Notes under the pieces: model-generated
What the model saw: the letters and a program-made list of their open reading frames with translations, nothing else
Told to the model about the DNA's origin: nothing
Database searches by the model: none
Part shown: positions 1 to 9,803 of the stretch, in pieces
Layout: every line of letters starts with the position of its first letter
How positions within the stretch are numbered: position 1 is the first letter of the stretch
NCBI GenBank assembly: GCA_963850385.1
Contig: CAWKKS010000001.1
Span: 335,419 to 399,418, forward strand
DNA length: 64,000 nt
Reading direction: 5' to 3'
DNA from: Candidatus Dormiibacterota bacterium
GTDB taxonomy: Bacteria; Chloroflexota; Dormibacteria; Aeolococcales; Aeolococcaceae
Program-made: the position numbers and the translations under genes

Positions 1-63
1 AATGACGCTGGCATCGACGTGGTTGAGCAAGAGTTCATCCCCGAGGAGCCCGACGCCGGACAT
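1..63 (-). CDS. 5' end (21 codons) of an unidentified CDS that runs off the left edge
   Basis: ATG at 63-61 on the minus strand, preceded by GAGGAGGAGG at 75-66. Peptide is MSGVGLLGDELLLNHVDASVI, too short for a family call. Confidence 0.3.
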   Translation of the reverse strand, partial: MSGVGLLGDELLLNHVDASVI

Positions 64-118
64 GACCTCCTCCTCGGAGTGCGCCGGCAAGCGCCAAAGT
101 AAGCGTCACGCGCCGTGC

Positions 119-148
119 TTGACATACACAAACCAGTGTAGATACACT
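119..148 (+). promoter_or_regulatory. sigma70-like promoter with overlapping operator-like palindromes
   Basis: TTGACA (119-124), 18-nt spacer, TACACT (143-148). Half-sites TACAC/GTGTA/TACAC at 125-129, 136-140 and 143-147. About 37% GC in a ~70% GC background, 70 nt upstream of the start at 218. Confidence 0.4.
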
Positions 149-217
149 GGAGGGCGCGCCGGCGACTGACCGGCCGGCCGGAGGGGCGACCGTCATCCGC
201 GGTTCGGAGGTCGCCCG

Positions 218-457
218 ATGTCGCAGCTCAAGGGCCTCGTCGACAACTGGATCCTGCTCGCGCAGGGGCTGATCGGCAGCATCGGCGCGCTCGCGTTCCT
301 GATCGCCTTCATGTACAAGATCGTGGCCGTCGACCCGCGCAGCGTCATGGAGGCCAAGCGCTGGATCGGCCGCATCGTGTTCGGCACCATCGGGGTGGAG
401 GTCGCCGGCACGCTGACCCACGCGATCATCGCCAGTGTCCCGGGCGGCGTGCACTGA
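218..457 (+). CDS. 79-aa two-helix membrane protein, candidate VirB2/TrbC-type pilin-like subunit
   Basis: ATG with GGAGG SD 7 nt upstream and strong GC3 bias. Two hydrophobic helices (WILLAQGLIGSIGALAFLIAFMY and IGRIVFGTIGVEVAGTLTHAIIASV) are separated by a basic loop. A VirB6-like gene follows directly. The family call is by topology only. Confidence 0.55.
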   Translation: MSQLKGLVDNWILLAQGLIGSIGALAFLIAFMYKIVAVDPRSVMEAKRWIGRIVFGTIGVEVAGTLTHAIIASVPGGVH

Positions 458-1406
458 CGTGTCGATCGTCAACGGCATCGCCAGCGGAGCGCACGCGGTC
501 GCCGACCCGGTTGGGTTCATCCTGCAGGCCGTCGTCGGGTTGCTCGGACACCTGGTCTCGGTCGCGCGCGTCGACCTCAGCGGCGTGCTCGACCGCTTCC
601 TGTTCCAGACGGTCGACCCCACCGTGTCGGGCAACCGGCCGATCACCGCCAACCCCAACCTCGCCCGCCTGAACCTCGGCCTTGCCCTTGCGGTCGACCT
701 GATGATCGCGCTGGTCCTGCTGTTCACCTCTCTGCGGAGCGTCTTCGAACGCTCGATGCGTTCCAAGTACGACCTCAAGGTGATCCTGCCGCGTGTGTTG
801 CTCGCGGTTGTCCTTGCTCACGGTTCGCTGCTGTTCATGCAGATGACCGTCGACCTCAACAACGCCCTCGACAGGGTGGCCCTCGCGCTGGGAGGGCCGC
901 TCAACAGCGACACGCTGCCCTGGTCGCCGAGCATGTCGCCTGACACCATCGCGCGGCTGGTCGGCGGCCAGGACCTCTTCGAAGCGGTGCTCATCGTCGC
1001 ACTGGTCGTCGCCATGGCGATCCTTGTCCTCGCCTACGTGGTCCGGGCGGCCCTGCTGAACGTGCTCATCGTCACCGCGCCTCTGGCCGCACTGCTCAGC
1101 ATTGTCCCGGACACACGTACACACGCGCGTACCTGGCTGCGCCTGTTCCTCGGCACTGTGTTCATGCAGGCGGTGCAGCTCATCATCCTGCGCGTCGCCG
1201 TGACCACCGAGTTCAACTCGCAGGGCGGACTGATCACCACCGTCTACGCGCTGGCCACGCTGTGGTTGCTACTCAAGGTCCCCGGTGCGATGGGCACGTC
1301 GACGCACCTGGAAACCAAGGCACACACCATGCTGCACTCGCTCGAGCGCTCGGCCAAGCACGCGATCATGCCCGCTCACCATCGCACACCGCACAGGACC
1401 GCGTGA
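435..1406 (+). CDS. polytopic membrane protein, TrbL/VirB6-like
   Basis: 323-aa ORF with at least 5 hydrophobic helices. The segment NVLIVTAPLAALLSIVPDTRTHARTWLRLFLGTVFMQAVQLIIL parallels the core of the 24836-26476 protein. The more likely start is the GTG at 459, 1 nt after the upstream stop. Confidence 0.6.
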   Translation: MSRAACTDVSIVNGIASGAHAVADPVGFILQAVVGLLGHLVSVARVDLSGVLDRFLFQTVDPTVSGNRPITANPNLARLNLGLALAVDLMIALVLLFTSLRSVFERSMRSKYDLKVILPRVLLAVVLAHGSLLFMQMTVDLNNALDRVALALGGPLNSDTLPWSPSMSPDTIARLVGGQDLFEAVLIVALVVAMAILVLAYVVRAALLNVLIVTAPLAALLSIVPDTRTHARTWLRLFLGTVFMQAVQLIILRVAVTTEFNSQGGLITTVYALATLWLLLKVPGAMGTSTHLETKAHTMLHSLERSAKHAIMPAHHRTPHRTA

Positions 1407-1457
1407 GGCACGCGGCGACACGTCCATCACCGTCAAGCACACCTGGGAGGCACAGCC

Positions 1458-1859
1458 GTGATCAATCGAGTGATCCTCGTCGGACATCTCACCCGCGATG
1501 CCGAATCGACGAGCGGACCGTCGACGACACTGACCCGTATGCGCGTCGCCACCAACACGGTGTGGCGGGACGCCGAGGGGAACCGCCAGGAGAGCGCCGA
1601 GTTCCACAACGTCGTGGCCTTCGGCAAGCTCGGTGAGATCTGTGCCGGCTACTGCCTCAAGGGTCGTTGCGTGTACATCGAGGGGCGCCTGCGGACCCGC
1701 GAATATGACGGTACTGACGGTTTGCGACGGCACTCGACGGAGATCGTCGCGGAGACGATGAAGTTGCTCGACCGACCGCGATCGAGCGAGGACGCCGTGG
1801 CCGCGAGCGATGACACCGCCCCATCTGGCGCGGTCGCGTCGCTGAGGACGCGCGGCTGA
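1458..1859 (+). CDS. ssb: single-stranded DNA-binding protein lacking the canonical acidic C-terminal tip
   Basis: GTG start with GGGAGG SD. OB-fold sequence [14 protein letters not shown]...[35 protein letters not shown]. The tail ends ...ASLRTRG rather than D-D-D-I-P-F. Confidence 0.9.
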   Translation: MINRVILVGHLTRDAESTSGPSTTLTRMRVATNTVWRDAEGNRQESAEFHNVVAFGKLGEICAGYCLKGRCVYIEGRLRTREYDGTDGLRRHSTEIVAETMKLLDRPRSSEDAVAASDDTAPSGAVASLRTRG

Positions 1860-1947
1860 GCACCCAGGGTGCTGGCGGCTGACGCAGGCGGGACGGCGGG
1901 CGGCGGCCTGGCTCACGTGGCTGACGTCGCCGCCGCCGATGCCCTGG

Positions 1948-2418
1948 TTACGCGCTCTTCCCGAAACGCACCACGAGGTCGTCGAGGACCTTGTCCTGGG
2001 CTTGGAGGTGAGCCTGGAGCTGAAGGCATTCGTGGAGGATCGCCTCCGCGTCTCGATACGTCTGTTCGGAGCGCTTGTCAGCGGCGGCGGACTGCACGTT
2101 CTGGCCGACGATGATGATGGGCAGCAGCACCAGCTGGAGGAATGTCTGCGCGACCCAGGCCACGATGATCACCGTGTTCCCGCTCGAGATGGCCCCCGGA
2201 AGGCTGATCAACGCCAGGACGGTGAAGATGTAGGCGGCCCACATCGTGCCCACCACCGTGGTGATACGGACCCCGATCCGCCCGTTGAAACCGAGCTTCT
2301 CGCGCTCCGCGGCAGTGGTGGCGGGCCCCTGCTGCCTGCGCTGGTGCAGGCGCGGGTGGGGCTTGTGCACGTAGCCGACGTTGTGCGGGCCGGCGGGGGC
2401 GGGCGTTACCTCGGTCAT
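1948..2418 (-). CDS. DUF1003-family membrane protein
   Basis: ATG at 2418 with GAGGAGG SD. Two TM helices are followed by [31 protein letters not shown], which matches the DUF1003 pattern. Confidence 0.6.
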   Translation of the reverse strand: MTEVTPAPAGPHNVGYVHKPHPRLHQRRQQGPATTAAEREKLGFNGRIGVRITTVVGTMWAAYIFTVLALISLPGAISSGNTVIIVAWVAQTFLQLVLLPIIIVGQNVQSAAADKRSEQTYRDAEAILHECLQLQAHLQAQDKVLDDLVVRFGKSA

Positions 2419-2526
2419 CGACGACTCCTCCTCAGGGTAGTTCGGTTCCAACTCTCACACGGCACGGTCCGCTTTGAGTGTGATCCAGCCGGCACCGAGC
2501 TGCGCGCGACCTCTGCTAGCGTGAAC

Positions 2527-4543
2527 ATGGTGGTCAATCGACTTGGCGACGAGACAAGCCCGTACCTTCTCCAGCACGCGGGCAACCCGGTCGACTGGTA
2601 CCCGTGGGGCGATGAGCCCTTCGACCGCGCCAGGTCCGAGGATCGGCCCGTCCTACTGAGCGTCGGCTACAGCGCCTGTCACTGGTGTCACGTGATGGCC
2701 CACGAGTCGTTCGAGGACGCCACCATCGCCGCGCTGATGAACCAGCTGTTCGTCAACATCAAGGTGGACCGCGAAGAGCGACCTGACATCGATTCGATCT
2801 ACATGCAGGCGGTGATCGCCATCAGCGGACACGGCGGCTGGCCGATGACGGTCTTCCTCACTCCCGATCGTGAACCCTTCTTCGGCGGCACCTACTTCCC
2901 CCCTGCCGATCGTCACGGGATGCGCGGCTTTCCCTACGTGCTCAACGCGGCTGCCGCCGTCTACCGCGATCGCCGCAGCGAGGTGACGGAGGCCGCGACC
3001 CAGTTGCGCCGCGCCCTGGCAGTGCCGGTGCTTCTGCCAGGCTCGGTGGACGCCGCCGACCTCGACGCCGCTGCGGCGCAGCTGGTGGCGCAGACCGACC
3101 AGCGCAACGGCGGGTTCGGCGCGGCGCCGAAATTCCCCCACCCGGCGGCGCTCGACCTTCTCCTCCGCCGGCACGTGGCCACCTCGGATCGGCGCGCGCT
3201 CGACGCGGCACTGCTCACGCTCGATCGCATGAGTCGCGGAGGCATCCATGACCAGGTTGGCGGCGGCTTCCACAGGTACGCCGTCGATGCCACCTGGTCG
3301 GTGCCGCACTTCGAGAAGATGCTGTATGACAACGCCCAGCTGGCGCGGGTCTACCTTCATGCGCACCAGCTGACCGGTGAGGAGCGCTGGCGTCGCGTCG
3401 TCGAGGACACCCTTGACCACGCTCTCCGCGAACTGCGCCTCCCCGGTGGCGGCTTCGCGTCGTCACAGGACGCCGACTCGCCCGGTGGCGAGGGATCCTT
3501 CTTCGTCTGGACGCCCGGGCAGCTCCGTGAGGCGCTGGGGGCGGACGGTGGTGGCCTCGCCGCGCGGTTCTTCGGCGTCACCGAGACAGGCAATTTCGAG
3601 GGTGGAACCACGGTGCTCTCGCAGCCCTTCCCCACCGACCGGGTGGCGCGCGACCTCGGGGTCGAGACCGCTGCGCTCCAGGATCGCGTCGACAGCATTC
3701 GTGCACGCCTCCTCGCCGCTCGAAGCCGTCGTCACGCGCCGGGGCGTGACGACAAGGTGCTCACCTCGTGGAATGCGCTGATGATCTCGGCCCTCGCCGA
3801 GGCCGGGGCGGCGTTGGGGCGCACCGACTACCTTGACGCGGCCACGCGGTGTGCCGACTTCGTGCTCAGCGAGCTGCGGCCAGACGGCGTCCTGCTCCGG
3901 ACATGGAAGGATGGACGAGCCAAGATCACCGGCTTCCTCGACGACGCGGCCTTCCTCGCCGACGCGCTGATCACCCTGTACGAGTTCATGTGGGGACGGC
4001 AGCTACCTGCGGGCCGCGTTGCAGATCGTCCAGGACACGTTGCGCCGGTTCGAAGAGGGAGGCGTCCTGTTCGACACGGCCGCGGACGCGGAGACCCTGC
4101 TGGTCCGTCCTCGTACCGTCGAGGACAACCCGGTCCCGGCCGGACAGTCGGTGCTGGCGCTCGCGCTGCTCCGGGTCGCCGCGGTCACCGGGGAGGCGCG
4201 TTGGCGCGAGCACGCCGACATGATCATGGGTCCGCTGGCGGCGGTGGTCAGCCGCTCACCGCTCGCGATCAGCGCGCTGGCATGTGCCATCGACCGTGCC
4301 CAGGCCCCTCCTCGGGAGGTGGCCATCTGCGGCCCCGTCGATGACCAGGGGACGCGTCGGCTGGTCGACATCGTGCACGCCCGGTGGTCGCCCAACCTGG
4401 CCCTGGCGTGGGGAGAGGCGGACATCGCGTTGCTCGCCGACCGGCCCCTGGTGAACGGGCAGCCGACAGCCTATGTGTGTGAGCGCTTCACCTGCAACCG
4501 ACCGGTGACCGACCCTGACGAACTGGCAGCGCAGCTCGACTGA
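2527..4543 (+). pseudogene. thioredoxin-domain protein (DUF255/YyaL, SSP411-like), interrupted by a 1-nt frame break near 3991
   Basis: N-terminus [22 protein letters not shown]...[13 protein letters not shown]. The reading frame switches at ttcatgtggggac (3986-3997). The C-terminal 174 aa continue in ORF 4019-4543. The total of 2017 nt equals 672 codons plus 1 nt. Confidence 0.85.
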
Positions 4544-4544
4544 G

Positions 4545-5966
4545 TCAGAACTGACCACAGCCGGTGGCGTGGCCCACGGTGTCGAGCGACGGCAGGCCGG
4601 CGAACGGCGGCCACGATCTCAAGTCGCGGAGCGGCAGGAAGTCGCCGGTGTGGTCGTCCTGCCGGTACTCGAGCCGCGGTCCGCTGGTCACCAGCTCACC
4701 CAGGGCCGCCACGAAGGCGTCGATGTCGCGCGTCGTGGTGCCGATCCCGAACGACGCTCGCACCGCGCCGGGAATGCCGGCGCGCTCACCGCGGCGCAGC
4801 GAGCTGCGCACCGAGTCGGCGGCGACCGCATCGATGCCGAGGAGGTGCGTGATGTATGGATGCGCGCAGAAGCAGCCGTGGCGCACACCGATGGCGTGCT
4901 CGGCGCTCAGGGCCCCGGCGACCAGCGCATGGTGCATTCCCTCGACGGCGAAGGTGACCACGCCGAGCCGATCCACCGTTGGGCCGTCCCAGAGCTGGAG
5001 TCGCGTCACCCCGGGAAGCCCGCTGATTCCCGCGTTGACACGTGTCAGCAGGGCGCGTTCGTGCTCAGCAATCCGATCCATGCCAACCGTGGTCAGGGTG
5101 GTCGCCGCCACCCCCAGCGCGACAGCGCCGATGACATTGGGGCTGCCCGCCTCGAGCCGGTCAGGCATGCCTGTCCAGAGGACGTCGTCGAGAGTGACGA
5201 AGTCGACGGCTCCGCCACCGGCGAGCATGGGCTCCGCCTCGCGGACCAGGGCAGTCCGGACCACCAGGGCGCCCGCCCCGAAAGGGGCGTACATCTTGTG
5301 GCCGCTGAACGCGAGGCAGTCGATGCCCGTGGCGGCCATGTCGATGACCCGGTGTGGCGCGAGCTGGGCGGCGTCGACGCTGAGCAGGGCGCCATGCCGG
5401 TGGGCCAGCTGCGCCATCGCCGTCAGGGGCATCACCTCCCCGGTGACGTTGCTGGCGCCGGTGACCGCGACGACCGCGACACGGCCGCCGCCACGGTGCA
5501 GCGCCAACTCCATGGACTCGAGAAGTGCGGCGGGGGAGGAAGGCGGCGGGAGGTGTTCCACCGGCCCGAGTCGCCGCCAGGGCAGCATGTTGGCGTGGTG
5601 CTCCATCTCCGTGGCCAGCACCGTTGAGCCGGGCGGGACGCACAGGCACGCGGCGAGGTGGTTGATGGCGTCGGTCGTGTTGCGGACGAAGACGACAGAA
5701 TCATCGTCGCGCGCTCCGACAAAGCTTGCCACCGCCTGCCGCGCCGCCTCGTACAGACGGGTCGACACCTGGGAGAGGTGGCCGGCGCCACGATGGACGC
5801 TGCTGTACCAGGGCAGAGCGCGGGTGACCGCGTCCACCACTGGCTCGAGGGCCGGCGTGCTGGCCGCGCAGTCGAGGTTGACGTACCTGCGCATCGAGCC
5901 GTCAGCCAGCGGGACCTCGATGTCGCTGCCGCAGAGGCGGGGGAGCGCGTCGGCGATCATGGGCAC
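4545..5966 (-). CDS. class V aminotransferase / cysteine desulfurase-like PLP enzyme
   Basis: 473 aa with the SGHKMYAPFGAGALVV PLP-lysine motif and fold-type I layout. Confidence 0.8.
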   Translation of the reverse strand: MPMIADALPRLCGSDIEVPLADGSMRRYVNLDCAASTPALEPVVDAVTRALPWYSSVHRGAGHLSQVSTRLYEAARQAVASFVGARDDDSVVFVRNTTDAINHLAACLCVPPGSTVLATEMEHHANMLPWRRLGPVEHLPPPSSPAALLESMELALHRGGGRVAVVAVTGASNVTGEVMPLTAMAQLAHRHGALLSVDAAQLAPHRVIDMAATGIDCLAFSGHKMYAPFGAGALVVRTALVREAEPMLAGGGAVDFVTLDDVLWTGMPDRLEAGSPNVIGAVALGVAATTLTTVGMDRIAEHERALLTRVNAGISGLPGVTRLQLWDGPTVDRLGVVTFAVEGMHHALVAGALSAEHAIGVRHGCFCAHPYITHLLGIDAVAADSVRSSLRRGERAGIPGAVRASFGIGTTTRDIDAFVAALGELVTSGPRLEYRQDDHTGDFLPLRDLRSWPPFAGLPSLDTVGHATGCGQF

Positions 5967-5990
5967 ACCCTACGCCAGCCGGGCGTCTGC

Positions 5991-7235
5991 TCAGCCGGTG
6001 GTCCGAGGTGACCCACTGCCGGTGACCACCTGGCCGCCCCGGATCACGGCCTCCACCGGGCTGGCGCCGAGGTGATAGGCGACGTCGACCCAGCCGGGGG
6101 TTGCCAGGATGACCGCGTCGCAACGCAACCCGGTGCGGAGGATGCCGCGGTCGCGCAAGCCGAGCGCACGAGCACCGCCGGCGGTCGCTGCCACAAGGGC
6201 CTGCGCCGGCGTCAAGCCGGCGGTGGCGACCGCCAGCGAGATCATCAGTGGCATCGACTCGCTGTAGCAGCTGCCGGGGTTGCAGTCGGTCGCGATCGCC
6301 ACGGCGGCGCCGGCATCCGCGAGGCGTCGTCCCGGCGGCGGCGGACCTCCGAGCACCAGCGCGGCGCCGGGCAGGATCACGCCGGTCACGCCGGCGGCGG
6401 CGAGTGCGCGACAGTCGCCGTCGGTGGCGTGCTCGAGGTGGTCGGCACTGACAGCGCCCAGCTCTGCCGCCAACCGCGCGCCGCCGCTGTGGCTGCGCTG
6501 CTCGGCGTGGACCTTGAGGCCGAGGCCCGCCTCGCGGGCTGCGACCAGCACGCGGCGGCACTCGTCGACCGTGTACGCACCTGTCTCGCAGAAGACGTCG
6601 CAGAAGCTGGCGAGCCTCGCTGCCGCCCGGACGCCGCTGCCACACACCTGCTCCACCAGCGCCTCGCGGTCACCGTCGGGTGGGCCGTGCAGCGGCAGGT
6701 AGGTGGTGACCACGTCGGGCAGGTCATCCTGGCGACCGAGCGCCGCGGCCGCCTCGAGCTGGCGCAGCTCCGCGGCTTCGGCAACGCCGTAGCCGCTCTT
6801 GACCTCGATGGTGGTGCTTCCCCACTGGACCATGCGACGCGCCCGATCCGCCGCCGATCTCTGCAGCTGTTCCACCGTCCCGGCCGCGGTGCTGCGCACC
6901 GTCGACCTGATGCCGCCGCCCGCCCGCGCGACCTCCTCGTATGAGGCCCCGGCGGCCCGCTGCGCGTACTCGGCGCTGCGATCCCCGAGCCAGACGATGT
7001 GGGTGTGCGCATCGACGAAGCCCGGGATCACCGCCGCCCCGCGAGCGTCGATGTCCACCACCTCGGCGGACATGGACGGGCGCGGCGCTCCGGCGCTCGG
7101 ACCGGCGTAGGTGAGCACACCGCTCTCCGCGACCAGCAAACCGTCCCAGACCACCCCCGGGGCCTCGCCGCGCGCCGGGTCACACGTCACCAGCGCGCCG
7201 ATGTTGCGCACGACCAGGGTGGAAGCCGCGGTCAT
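5991..7235 (-). CDS. hutI: imidazolonepropionase
   Basis: Motifs VVRNIGALVTCDP, IPGFVDAHTHIVW and CETGAYT. The ATG at 7235 overlaps the hutG stop (ATGA). Last gene of the hut operon. Confidence 0.9.
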   Translation of the reverse strand: MTAASTLVVRNIGALVTCDPARGEAPGVVWDGLLVAESGVLTYAGPSAGAPRPSMSAEVVDIDARGAAVIPGFVDAHTHIVWLGDRSAEYAQRAAGASYEEVARAGGGIRSTVRSTAAGTVEQLQRSAADRARRMVQWGSTTIEVKSGYGVAEAAELRQLEAAAALGRQDDLPDVVTTYLPLHGPPDGDREALVEQVCGSGVRAAARLASFCDVFCETGAYTVDECRRVLVAAREAGLGLKVHAEQRSHSGGARLAAELGAVSADHLEHATDGDCRALAAAGVTGVILPGAALVLGGPPPPGRRLADAGAAVAIATDCNPGSCYSESMPLMISLAVATAGLTPAQALVAATAGGARALGLRDRGILRTGLRCDAVILATPGWVDVAYHLGASPVEAVIRGGQVVTGSGSPRTTG

Positions 7236-8137
7236 GAGCGGCGCCTGCGCTCCCGCAGCGCGATGCCTGCGCACAACGCGGTGAAGGTGGCCGCCATCAG
7301 ACGCACCGTCGTTCCGGCGACGTCGGCGCTGGCGTCGACCTCGCAGAGATCCACGGTGGTGACGTCGTCCTGGCGGCCGAGCAGCCGCGCCGCCGCCATC
7401 AGCTCGTGGGGGAAGAGACCGCCGGGCAGGCTCGCTGGGCAGGCGGGCGCGAACGACCGGTCGACGACGTCGAGGTCGAGGTCGACGTAGATCGCCTGGC
7501 AACCGTTCTCACGCAGCTCGTCGAGCGCCGTTTGCACCACCGCGCCGACACCATTGCTGCGCACCTCCTCGAGGCCGTGAATGCGAATCCCCTGCGCGCG
7601 GGCCCACCTCGCATGATCAGCCGCGTTGCCGAGCGGGTGGATGCCGACCTGGGCGACCCGGTCGCCCGGCAGCCCCGCCTCGATGAGCTCGCGCACGGGC
7701 GTGCCGTTGGCCGACCCGCCACTGACGGGGCGGCAGTCGTGATGAGCGTCCAGGGTGAGCAGGCCGTATTGCGTCCCCGCCCGGGCAGCGCACGCTCCCA
7801 GGAATGCCGGGCGGGTCAGCGAGTTATCGCCACCTATCACTACAACAACCGATTCGCGCGCCGCCATCCCGCCAACGGCCGCCTCGATCCGCCGGTGAGC
7901 TGCCGAGGCGTCGTCGTCATCGCGGTCGCCCAGGATGTCGCCGGCATCGTGGACTCGCAGCTCAGACACGTCCACCCCGAGGTCCGCGTCCCAGGTGGGA
8001 AAGCGGCTCAACGCTGCGCGGAACGCGGGTGGAGTGGTCCAGGCCTGCGATGGGCTGATCGAGGCCTTCGAGATCGGGGCGCCGGTCACGACGACGTTGG
8101 CGCTGCCGCCGTCATCGCCGGCGAGCCACTGTCGCAT
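7232..8137 (-). CDS. hutG: formimidoylglutamase (arginase family)
   Basis: Arginase-family motifs GGDNSLT, LDAHHD and DLDLDVVD. Sits between hutU and hutI. Start taken at MRQWLAGDD (8137). Confidence 0.75.
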   Translation of the reverse strand: MRQWLAGDDGGSANVVVTGAPISKASISPSQAWTTPPAFRAALSRFPTWDADLGVDVSELRVHDAGDILGDRDDDDASAAHRRIEAAVGGMAARESVVVVIGGDNSLTRPAFLGACAARAGTQYGLLTLDAHHDCRPVSGGSANGTPVRELIEAGLPGDRVAQVGIHPLGNAADHARWARAQGIRIHGLEEVRSNGVGAVVQTALDELRENGCQAIYVDLDLDVVDRSFAPACPASLPGGLFPHELMAAARLLGRQDDVTTVDLCEVDASADVAGTTVRLMAATFTALCAGIALRERRRRS

Positions 8138-8144
8138 GTCCACC

Positions 8145-9803
8145 TCAGCCGCCGAGCATGGGGATGCGCACGTCACGTTCGCGGGCCGCGGTGATCGCCG
8201 TCTGGTAGCCCGCGTCGGCGTGGCGCATCACCCCTGTCGCCGGGTCGTTGCGCAGCACCAGCGCGAGGCGCCGGTCAGCAAGCTCGGACCCGTCACAGAC
8301 GACCTGGGCGCCCGCGTGGATCGAGCGCCCGATGCCGACACCACCACCGTGATGCACGGCCACCCACGTCGCCCCGCTGGCGGTGTTGAGCAGCGCATTG
8401 AGGATCGGCCAGTCGGCGATCGCGTCACTGCCGTCGCGCATCGCCTCTGTCTCGCGGTATGGCGATGCAACGCTGCCCGAGTCGAGATGATCACGACCGA
8501 TCACGATGGGGGCGCTCACCGAGCCGTCGCGCACCAGCTCGTTGAAGCGCAGCCCGGCGCGATGGCGCTCGCCCGCCCCCAGCCAGCAGATGCGGGCGGG
8601 GAGCCCCTGGAAGGCGACACGTTCGGCGGCGAGCCGGAGCCAGCGATGCAGTGCTTCATGTTCGGGAAAGAGCTTGGCAAGCGCCGCGTCGGTCACAGCG
8701 ATGTCCTGGGGATCGCCACTCAGCGCAACCCAGCGGAAGGGCCCGCGCCCCTCGCAGAACTGCGGGCGGATGTACGCGGGGACGAACCCCGGGTAGGCGA
8801 ACGCATCACTGAACCCACCTTTCAGCGCCTCGCCGCGCAGCGAGTTGCCGTAGTCGAACACCTCTGCGCCGCGCTCCTGGTAGGCCACCATCGCGCGGCA
8901 GTGCTCGGCCATGGAGCTGCGCGCCGCGCTGATGTACGACTCGCGATCAGTCGCGCGAAGGTGGGCGGCAGCGGCGAGGGACATCCCGGCAGGCACGTAG
9001 CTGAGCGGGTCATGCGCGCTGGTCTGGTCGGTCACCACGTCCACGGCCAGGCCGGCGTCGAGCAGGGCGGGCAGCGCCTCGGCGGCGTTGGCGACGACGC
9101 CCACCGACAGCGCGCGACCCTCTTCGCGGGCGACATCGCAGCGCCGTACCGCGTCATCGATGCTGTCGGCGACCTCGTCGAGGTAGCGCGTCTCCAGCCG
9201 CCGTCGCACGCGCTGGGGATCGACATCGATGCAGAGTGCGACGCCGTCGTTCATGGTGACGGCGAGTGGCTGGGCGCCACCCATGCCACCCAGCCCCGAG
9301 GTCAGGACCAGCCGCCCGCGCAGGCTCCCACCGAAGCGCTGCTGCGCCACCGCGGCGAAGGTCTCGTAGGTGCCCTGCAGGATCCCCTGGGTGCCGATGT
9401 AGATCCACGAGCCCGCGGTCATCTGGCCGTACATGGTCAAGCCTTTGGCCTCGAGGTCCCAGAAGTTCTCCCACGTCGCCCACTCCGGCACCAGCAGGGA
9501 GTTGGCGATGAGCACCCGCGGAGCCAGCTCATGGGTCCGGGCCACGCCCACCGGCTTGCCGCTCTGCACCAGCAGGGTCTCGTCGTCACGCAGGTCTTCC
9601 AGCGTGGCCACGATGGAGTCGAAGCAGGCCCAACTGCGCGCGGCCCGTCCGGTGCCACCGTACACCACGAGGTTGTCAGGATCCTCCGCCACCTCAGGAT
9701 CAAGGTTGTTCATGAGACAGCGGAGCACCGCCTCGGTCTGCCAGCTGCGGCAGGACAGGTCGGTGCCGCGCGGGGCGCGCACCGGACGCGGACCGGCGGT
9801 CAC
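8145..9803 (-). CDS. hutU: urocanate hydratase
   Basis: [42 protein letters not shown]. The GTG at 9803 overlaps the hutH stop (GTGA). 553 codons. Confidence 0.9.
   Translation of the reverse strand: MTAGPRPVRAPRGTDLSCRSWQTEAVLRCLMNNLDPEVAEDPDNLVVYGGTGRAARSWACFDSIVATLEDLRDDETLLVQSGKPVGVARTHELAPRVLIANSLLVPEWATWENFWDLEAKGLTMYGQMTAGSWIYIGTQGILQGTYETFAAVAQQRFGGSLRGRLVLTSGLGGMGGAQPLAVTMNDGVALCIDVDPQRVRRRLETRYLDEVADSIDDAVRRCDVAREEGRALSVGVVANAAEALPALLDAGLAVDVVTDQTSAHDPLSYVPAGMSLAAAAHLRATDRESYISAARSSMAEHCRAMVAYQERGAEVFDYGNSLRGEALKGGFSDAFAYPGFVPAYIRPQFCEGRGPFRWVALSGDPQDIAVTDAALAKLFPEHEALHRWLRLAAERVAFQGLPARICWLGAGERHRAGLRFNELVRDGSVSAPIVIGRDHLDSGSVASPYRETEAMRDGSDAIADWPILNALLNTASGATWVAVHHGGGVGIGRSIHAGAQVVCDGSELADRRLALVLRNDPATGVMRHADAGYQTAITAARERDVRIPMLGG

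Noticed and set aside
1858-1872. Hairpin AGCACC-cag-GGTGCT right after the ssb stop, as a possible terminator
   Set aside because: It has only a 6-bp stem and a 3-nt loop, with no U-tract. That is too weak to call.
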